From NCBI RefSeq assembly GCF_004010195.1, contig NC_057718.1, positions 11,800,514 to 11,858,042 on the forward strand: a stretch of DNA of 57,529 nt. Reading direction: 5' to 3'. The notes below the pieces were generated by a model that was given only the letters and a program-made list of their open reading frames with translations, was not told where the DNA came from and did no database searches. This document shows, one piece after another, positions 49,491 to 57,529 of this stretch; position 1 is the stretch's first letter; every line of letters begins with the position of its first letter. This DNA is from Chiloscyllium plagiosum. Lineage: Eukaryota. The position numbers and the translations under genes are program-made.

Positions 49491-51246
49491 AAAAAAAAGA
49501 GACCAGAATATGTGACTGTCACATTTAACCAAGGAAACATAAAAGTGTAGTGAAGTTTGATAATAAAACAAACATAAAGTCCTTGAATCTCAATGCACAA
49601 AGCCTTTGAAATAAAGAAGTCAAACTGATGATGCAAATCAAAGTAAACGAATATGATTTCATAGCTATTATGGAAACATAGTTACAAGGAGATCAAAACT
49701 GAGAATTTAACATTCAGGGATATTTGACTTTTTGGAGAGATAGGCTGGATGGAAAAGGTGGTGAGGTAGCACTGTTAATAAGAGGTGAAATGAAGGCAGT
49801 TGTGAGATTCGAACTTGGCTCAGATCACATACAGTGCACTTGGATAGAGGTAAAAATCAGCAAGGGAAAGAAAACATTGGGATTATTGCACAGACCCCCC
49901 CCCTGAAAGGTTATAAATCAACAAACAATAGGAGCATATACAAAGAATAAGGCAATAATTAATCTCATGTTAATTGGGCTAATAAAATTGGAAAGGGTAA
50001 TTACAACAAAGAATTCATAGAGTGCATTGGGAGTAGTTTCCTAGAGCAATAGATTATGGAGCCAATCAGGGAGCAAGCTATCTTAGCTTGCTAGTAACGG
50101 GCAATGAGGCAGATTTAATAAATGACCTCAGAGTGAAAGGTCCCTTAGCAATCATAACATGATAGAGTTTGAGAGCGAGAAACTTAGGTTGGAAACAATA
50201 AAGGGAATTACAATGAAATGAGAATACAGTCAGCTAAAGTGAACCGGGTGAATAGATTAGCAGGAATGACAGTAAGCAAACAGTGGCAGACATTGAAGCA
50301 GGTAATTTCAGCAGAAGTACATCGCTGGAGGGGGGAAGATTCCAAGAAAGGGATAAACTAACCATGGCTAACCAAGAATGTTAAGGAGAATATTAAGTTG
50401 AAAGAAAATGCACATAGGAGGCAAAAGTCAATGAAAGTCCAACAAATTGGGTTAAATTCAGAATCCAACAAAGGAGGACCAAAAAGGTAATAAAGAGAGA
50501 GAGAAAGTACATGCGAAGCCAAATTATCAAGGAATATATAAACCTGACAGTAACAACTTTACTTAGTACACAAAAAGGAGAGAGAAGTCAAATGAACATA
50601 GACCCCTTAGAAAATGAATCTGGGCAGAAGGTTTTGGGGAACAAGGAAATAGCACAGGAGTTGATCAGATATTGTGCATCACTCTTTACAGTGGAAAATA
50701 CTTCAAAACTCTCACTAATGCTAATAAATACAGGAAAGGAATTAAGTATCATCACTACAGAAGTAGTATTAGATAAACAAGTGGGGCAAAAAGCAGATAA
50801 GTTCCCTGGTCCTGAAGGCTTGCATCCTAGGATCTAAAAGAGATAGCTACAGAGATAGTGGATGCATTGGTTGTAATTTCCAAATTTTTTTGGATTCTGG
50901 AGATGTATCAGAGGATTGGCAAACTGCCAATGTGACACCCTTATTCAAAAATGGAGAGAGGGAATGAGCAGGTAACTATAGGCCAATTAGCCTAATATCT
51001 GTTGTTGGAAAAGTATTGGAATCAATTATCAAGGAAGCAATAGCAGAATATTTGGAAAATCATAACCTAATGAAGCAGAGTCAGCATGGCTTCACATTGG
51101 GTCTAACTAATTTATTACAGTTTTTCGAGGAAGCCTCAACCAGAGTGGATATAGGGCAACCAGTAGATCTGTTGTATTTGGACTTTCAGAAGGCATTCAA
51201 CAAGGTACCCTAAAAAAGGTTAAGTATAAAATAAGAGCCCTTGCTG
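49491..51246 (+). mobile_element. CR1 5' part of ORF2 (endonuclease to RT start), inverted relative to its 3' part
   Basis: GGEVALLI, HRPP, KFPGPEGLHPRI, QHGF, LDFQKAFNKVP. Confidence 0.85.
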
Positions 51247-51249
51247 AGG

Positions 51250-51797
51250 CACCTTGGAATACAGGTTCACAGTTCCTTGAAGGTGGAATCACAGGTAGAT
51301 AGGGCAATGAAAAAGGCATTTGGTATGCTTTCCTTTATTGGTCAGTCCAATGAGTATTGGAATTGGGAGGTCATGTTGTGACTGTAGAGAAGATTGGTTA
51401 GGCCACTATTGCAATACTGCAAGCAATTCTGATCTCCCTGCTATTGGAAGGATGTTGTGAAACTTGGAAGGGTTCAGAAAAGATTTACTAAGATGTTGCC
51501 AGAATTAGAGGCTTTGAGCTATAGGGAGGGAGAAAAGATGTAAAAGGGACATAATGGGCAACTTTTTCACACAGAGGGTGGTATGTGTATGGAATGAGCT
51601 GACAGAGGAAATTGTGGAGGCTGGTACAACAGCAACATTTAATAGGCACCTGGATGGGTATATGATTAGGAAGGGTTTAGAGGGACATGGGCTACATGCT
51701 GGCAAATGGGACTATATTAGGTTAGCATATCTGGTCGGCATGGACGAGTTGGACCAAAGGGTCTGTTTCCATGCTGTATATCTCTATGACTCTATGA
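51250..51797 (+). mobile_element. CR1 3' fragment (different subfamily)
   Basis: LGIQVHSSLKVESQVDR..GNFFTQRVV; ctatgact tail. Confidence 0.85.
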
Positions 51798-52331
51798 GTC
51801 CATGTATCGCAAATGATGCTTGCAGCTTTTCAATCATTATCTCTGAGTTTGACGTATCAACTCTGTGCACGTCCAACCACATTGAATGGGCATCCACACG
51901 AACACTGAGCCCATTAAAGGACCGGCGTAGTTGATGTGTAACCAAGTCCAGAGTTTGCACTACCATTCCCTCGAATGTGGGGAGTTGCTGGCAGTAATTA
52001 TTGTCCTTCTTGGCACTCTGGGCACTTCGTCACCAATGCAGCTACATCAGCATCCAATCCTGATCACCAGACATAACTTCTTACTAACATTTTCATTTTG
52101 GAAACTCCTGAATGACCCTGATGGAGTTCAGCCAGTATTTGGTAGGGATCTTTACTCGGGACAATCACTCTTGCTCCCCAGAGTAAAATGTTATCCTCTA
52201 CGGTGAAGGGACTCTCTGAATCTCCTGTTTATATCTCTCAGCCAGAGCTCCCTATTTGGCCCAAGATAACTGCGCCAGTCAAAGATCTCATACTCAATGA
52301 GATCTATCTGGGCCTTGTTCCAATCACTACA
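51797..52331 (-). mobile_element. Deleted copy of the Gypsy family: half LTR fused to integrase
   Basis: LTR start tgtagtgattgg at 52331; then LLWGARVIVPSK..ELHQGHSGVSKM..YVW..CPEC..VDAHSMWLDV..IEKLQASFAIHGL. Confidence 0.85.
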
Positions 52332-52614
52332 TAGCTATTACTGGGCAGGTTCCCCTATGATGTCACTCTTTGTATTATGCTGGACCCCCGATTATGGGGT
52401 TAAATTTACCCTGTTAAAAAAGTACCTTACAAACTATGAACCAAAAAAGCACCTCTCCCTCTTGGCACTGAATTCCCATGTTGCTCCAAAATATACACTC
52501 ACTCACGCTGAATGTGATCTCACCTTCCTGATCGTGCAAAGCTTATTGATCTCGTCTCTGTTTTTATTCTAGATTTCCATCATCTGCAGTATTTTGCATT
52601 TATTTGATATATTT

Positions 52615-53920
52615 CCAAATTGCACCAAGTCCCATTCACCCATTACTTCTGTGCCTGTTGAAGGCTCCTGGGTAAGGAATAGAATATAGGACATAGAACA
52701 TAGAACAGTATAGCACAGTACAGGCCTTTTGGCCCTCAATGTTGTGCCAACCTTTTATCCTACTCTAAGATTAAACTAACCTACATACCTACACTTTACT
52801 ATCATCCATGTGTCTATCCCTAGGAACAGCATGTCCCTAATGTATCTTACTCTATTACCACCGCTGGCAGTGCATTCCATGCACTCGCCACTCTCTGTGT
52901 AAAGAACCTACCTCTGACATCTTCCCTAAACCTTCCTCCAATCATCTTAAAATAATGTTCCCGCATGATAGACATTTCCACCCTGGGAAAAAGTCTCTGG
53001 CTATCCACTCTGTGCATGCCTCTCATCGTCTCGTACATCTCTATCATGTCACCTCTCATCCTTCTTCGCTCCAATGAGAAAAGCCCTAGCTCCCTCAACC
53101 TTTCTTCATAAGACATGCCCTCCAGTCCAGGCAGCATCCTGGTAAATCTCGTCTACACCCTCTCTGAAGCTTCCACGTGCTTCTTAGAATGAGGCGACTA
53201 GAACTGAACACAATATTCCAAGTCTGGTCTGACAAGGGCTATAAAGAACTGGAGCAGAACGTCACGGCTCTTAAACTCCTCCTGCTAATCCTCCTGCTAA
53301 TGAAAGCCAATGCACCAAAGCCTTCTTAACAACCCTGTTAACTTAGGTGGAAACTTTGAGGGATCTATGGACATGGACCCCAAGATCTCTCTGTTCCTCC
53401 ACACTGCCAAGAATCCTGCCTTTGACCCTGTAATCTGCATTCAAATTTAATCTTCCAAAATGAATCACCTCACACATATGCAGGTTGCCACTTGTCAGCC
53501 CAGCTCTGCATCTTGTCAATGTCCCACTGCAACCTGCAACAGCCCTCCACACTATCCACAACTCCATCAACCTTCTATTTGAAAATTCCCACCCATATTT
53601 TTAAATTCCTTCATGATCTTGCCTTTCCATATCTCTTTAATCTTCCCCAACTCAGAGATCTTGGGAGTTCTCCAATTATGACCTCTTGAAGATCCCCAAT
53701 TTTAGTTGGTCAAACATTAGTGGCTGTACCTTCAGTTACCTAGGTCCTAAGCTCTAGAATTCTCTTCTTAAATCCCTCTGCCTCTCTATTTATTTTAAGA
53801 TGCCGCTAATAACTTACCGGTCTGACTAAGCACTTGGTCATCTTGGCCTTTTTGTGGCTCAGAGTCAAATTTTGTTTCATAAATATCTTTATGATACTTT
53901 ACTACATTAAAACATTACAG
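52615..53920 (+). mobile_element. L2 3' fragment split by CR1 (parts 52615-52681 and ~53577-53920)
   Basis: TKSHSPITSV..KI..FKFLHDLA.PYL; AFSYLGPKL.NSL. Confidence 0.6.
52682..53575 (-). mobile_element. CR1 3' fragment
   Basis: (catagaa)n tail; MLPGLEGMSYEERL; EQRDLGVHVHRSLKV. Confidence 0.9.
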
Positions 53921-53975
53921 AAATCATAACCAACATTGTTCAATTCCAGAGCTAATTATTGGATGATGAATAACA

Positions 53976-53990
53976 GTGCCACCTACTGGC
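53976..53990 (-). promoter_or_regulatory. Candidate CTCF binding motif
   Basis: Minus strand gCCAGTAGGTGGCAC matches the CCASYAGRKGGCRS consensus, outside any recognised repeat. Confidence 0.4.
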
Positions 53991-54304
53991 ATTGAATTCT
54001 TCCAACACAAACAGTTTGCTTGTTAGAAATTCATCATTATGTTCCTTTTGTGGCATATTTCACTATGATCTCACAACCAAATTATGAGGACGTCAAAAAC
54101 AAAATGCAATGGATTTCACAACTCACTTCTGAATTTACCTGGCTAAATACCACAGATGAATTTGGACTACCGTTTCTTTCATAAAACCTCAAGAGATTAA
54201 GGTTGTAGAGATTTATATAAAGTGTTGAACAAAGAGAGATAAAAAAAAAAGCAAGGCTTCTCTGTTCACCAAAGTATGCAGTCACTTGTCTTATTCAGAA
54301 TTGT

Positions 54305-54600
54305 TTCTTATTCATTGATGTGATGTAGGCATCGCTGATGAGCCAGCTTTCATTGCCCACCTGAAGATGCCTTTACGAAGATAATGGTGAACTGCCTTCT
54401 TGAACCGCTGCAGTCCATTTGATGTAGATACACCTACAATGTTTTAACAGAGGGAATTCCAAGATTTTGACCCAACAACACTGAAGGAATATATTTCCAA
54501 GTCTGGATGGTATGTGGCTTGGAGGGAAACTTGCAGGTGGTGGTGTTCCCATGTATCTGCTCCCTTGGATTTCTGGATGATAATGGTTGTGTGTTTGCAA
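54305..54600 (-). mobile_element. L2-type 3' end
   Basis: Antisense of cagcggttcaagaaggcag..gggcaatgaaagctggc tail. Confidence 0.7.
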
Positions 54601-54604
54601 AGTA

Positions 54605-54860
54605 CGTCTCTCCAGACAGGCATTCATCTGGACTAACCTCCTATTTCTATACTCACTAGCACGTGGCACTGGAAGTTATCCAGAGATTTCTACGTTTTGC
54701 GTTCTGTACTTTCAGCTACTTCTTAGCTCCCTAAATTCCCTTTGGAGGACCTTATCCCTTTGCCTACCTATGGTGTTGGTACCAATATATATCATGATCT
54801 CTATTTGCCCTGCCCCTTCAGAATGGCTTGTAGCCAATCAGTGGCATCCCTGAACTTGGC
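54605..54860 (-). mobile_element. CR1 ORF1 fragment
   Basis: PVPRASEYRNRRLVQMNA.LE; YIGTN-like motif. Confidence 0.65.
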
Positions 54861-54869
54861 ACCAAAGAG

Positions 54870-55215
54870 ACATTTCTGGAACCATTCTATTAAATTGCTT
54901 TTGCACTCTCTCCAATGCATTCGCATCTTTGTTTGAATATGGCTCCCACAACAGCATACTGTATTCAAGCTGGGATTTAACAAGTGATCTGTACAAGTTC
55001 AATATCACCTTCTTTCTCTTGTATTCTATGTGCCTATTAATAAAGCTGAGAACACTGCATGCTTTATTTACTGCTCTCTCCACCTGTCTTGCCATCTTCA
55101 ATAATCTGTGCACATATAAATCAAGGTACCTCTGCTCCTGCACTCCCTTTAGAATTACATGCCCTATTTTATATTGTCTATCAGCGTTTTTTCAACCAAA
55201 GTGTATCATTTCGTA
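54870..55215 (-). mobile_element. CR1 ORF2 fragment
   Basis: QVERAVNKA..LNLYRSLVKSQLEY..ALERVQK. Confidence 0.8.
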
Positions 55216-55221
55216 CCCCTC

Positions 55222-56080
55222 TGCACCTCTCAGATACTAAAGCAGCTTATGGCCAAATACAACAAGAACTGGAAAATATCCAGGGTTGGGCTGCGGAGTC
55301 ACAAGTAACATTCCTGCTGCACAAATGCCCAGGCAATGACCACCTCCAACAACAGCAAATTCAATGATTGCCTCTTGACATTCAATGACATTACCATTGC
55401 TGAATCCCCATGTGTCAATATCCTGGGTTATCACTGAGCAGATATGGAAATGGACCAGTCACATAAATATCATGTCTATAACAGCAAGTCAGAGGTTGGG
55501 AATTCTTGTGTGAAAAACTCATCTCCTGCCTCTTCAAGGCTTGTGCACCACATACAAAGCATAAGTCAGGAGTGGGATATTCTACAATAGCCTGGATGCA
55601 TAAAGTTCCAACAACACTCAAGAAGCTCAAGCCATGCAGTACAAAGCAGCCCACTTGACTCATATACCATCCACCACCTTAAACATTCACTCCCTGACCA
55701 GAAATATACAGTGGCAGTCGTGTGTGCCACTTTCATTTATCCACTGTCGGAACTCACCGATGCTGCTTCTACAGCACATTGCAAACCAGTGACCACCACT
55801 TCAGAAGGAAGATGGCAGCAGATATATGGGAAATGTAAGTTGCCCCTCCCCTTCCCCCCCACCAAGCCATACATCTGGTTTGGAACTACATTGTCGTGCT
55901 TTCACTGTAGCTGGGACAAAGTCCAGGAACACTCGCTCTAACAGCAGTTTGGTTGTACTGGCACAATATTCATTACTACATTTCAAGAAGGCAGCTCACC
56001 GCCATCTCCTCAAGGACAAACAGGAATGAGCAACAAATGCTGACCAAGCCACTGATACCCACATCCTGTGACTGAATTTA
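55222..56080 (+). mobile_element. L2-type LINE 3' portion
   Basis: Homologous to 31120-31967 (SDTKA..NIQGWA..FKKAAHRHLLK and tail). Confidence 0.75.
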
Positions 56081-56297
56081 AATGGTTCTGAAAGGGTTAG
56101 CATTGGAGACTGCTTTAAGTCCCACCAAATTTGATGTCATACAGTCTTTGGTGTGGTGAAGTATCTCAAGATCCGTTAGCAACAGAAATATCATCAGAGT
56201 CTCCTGATTGACTAGTTCGACATAATTATAACAACTACGCAATTTGTAGTGTTCAATAAAGTACATCTTGTTAAGAGAAGTGTCTCTTCTCATTAAT

Positions 56298-57020
56298 ACA
56301 GTGGTTAATCCGCTACCAATGTTAAGTACTGCCTTTATCTCTGAGCTCAGAGATCCATGTTCAAGATCCACCTGCTCCAGAGGTTTGTAAAACATCTCTG
56401 AACAAGCTGACTGGAAAATATCTAGAAATGTGGATAGTGTTCCTACCTTTGGGTCAAGGAAGTTTCGGTTCAAGTCCCACCTGCCCCAGACATGTATTGT
56501 AACATGCCTGATCAGATTGACTAAAATATCTAGAAATCAGCATTGAAAGTTGTGGTCGTATAGTGTAGTGGCATTGTCACTAGACTACTACAGCAGACCC
56601 CTAAGTAAATAAATGGTTTGAAATCCAATGGTGGTGAAATTTGAGAGTGTGCTTTCAGTGCTATTTGCCATGGAGGTGTGTTTAATGTGTCCAAGCAGGC
56701 TAATTTTTTTTTTTAAAAAGTAAACTCAATTTCGGACTGTTGGGACACAGTAGTAGTGTCCCTGCTTCTCACACAGAAGGCCCAGGTTCAAGACGCACCT
56801 GCCCAGAGGTGTACCCAAACATGTATGAACAGATTGATTAGAAATATCTGTTATTAACCTATTTGTTAGCAACAACACAAACAGAGATTTTAGGGTTTCT
56901 TAATTACATTCAACATAGGGACTTTTGTACTACAATCGTAGCATTCCAGCCTCTGGGCCAGAAGGCTTAGGTTCAAGTCCCACCTGCTCCAAACATGTGG
57001 CATAACATACCTCAGCACTC
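56298..57020 (+). repeat. Cluster of four diverged ~105-bp tRNA-derived SINE-like units
   Basis: Units at ~56298-56423, 56430-56532, 56743-56849 and 56930-57020 share gttcaag.cccacctg..aacat..ctga..aaatatct. Confidence 0.65.
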
Positions 57021-57529
57021 AAAGTTTGTGCGAAGATTTGTAGCTCGGGTGCTCGTTGTTGTGGTTCTGTTCGCCGAGCTGGAAGTTTTTGTTGCAAACG
57101 TTTCGTCCCCTGGCTAGGCGACATCATCAGTGCTTGGGAGCCTCCTGCGAAGCGCTTCTTTGATGTTTCCTCCGGTGTTTATAGTGGTCTGTCCCTGCCG
57201 CTTCCGGTTGTCAGTTTCAGCTGTCCGCTGTAGTGGTTGGTATATTGGGTCCAGGTCGATGTGTTTGTTGATGGAGTTTGTGGATGAATGCCATGCCTCT
57301 AGGAATTCCCTGGCTGTTCTCTGTCTGGCTTGCCCTATGATAGTAGTGTTGTCCCAGTCAAATTCACACACACGCAGACAACAAGCAACATGAATACGAC
57401 TGGGACAACACTACTATCATAGGGCAAGCCAGACAGAGAACAGCCAGGGAATTCCTAGAGGCATGGCATTCATCCACAAACTCCATCAACAAACACATCG
57501 ACCTGGACCCAATATACCAACCACTAAAG
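57021..57529. mobile_element. Penelope-like element (family A) as an inverted repeat, running off the window
   Basis: Minus arm 57021-57366 (EFDWDNTTIIGQARQRTAREFLEAWHS..); plus arm 57367-57529 is nearly its reverse complement. Confidence 0.9.
57094..57133 (-). ncRNA. Minimal type I hammerhead ribozyme motif, intact core
   Basis: gca-CTGATGA-t-gtcgcct-agcc-aggggac-GAAA-cgtt-tgc. Confidence 0.8.

Noticed and set aside
56298..57020. Repeat cluster as a CRISPR array or tRNA gene cluster
   Set aside because: Eukaryotic context, long diverged units, no cas genes and no complete cloverleaf.

Overview
Repeat-dense vertebrate genomic DNA, most likely an intronic or intergenic stretch of a shark genome (inference from HE1-type V-SINEs, Deu-domain SINEs, abundant CR1 and L2 LINEs and Penelope-like elements). 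No host protein-coding gene is recognisable, and the informative ORFs are transposon fragments. Contents: many CR1 LINE pieces (one young, near-complete copy at 25819-29161), L2 fragments, an internally deleted Gypsy LTR retrotransposon with both LTRs, PBS, PPT and a 5-bp TSD (plus a solo LTR and a deleted copy), a hAT/Charlie transposon with an 8-bp TSD, a Tigger-like MITE, and at least nine Penelope-derived insertions from several families, most carrying minimal hammerhead ribozyme motifs. Most notable: (i) palindromic ~200-bp Penelope-derived elements that fold back exactly at the hammerhead core; (ii) a CR1 insertion whose middle is replaced by ~1.8 kb of unrelated DNA, revealed by a nearby duplicate that preserves the empty site; (iii) a CR1 with twin-priming-like 5' inversion geometry; (iv) both window ends lie in fold-back copies of one Penelope family that invert at the same motif.
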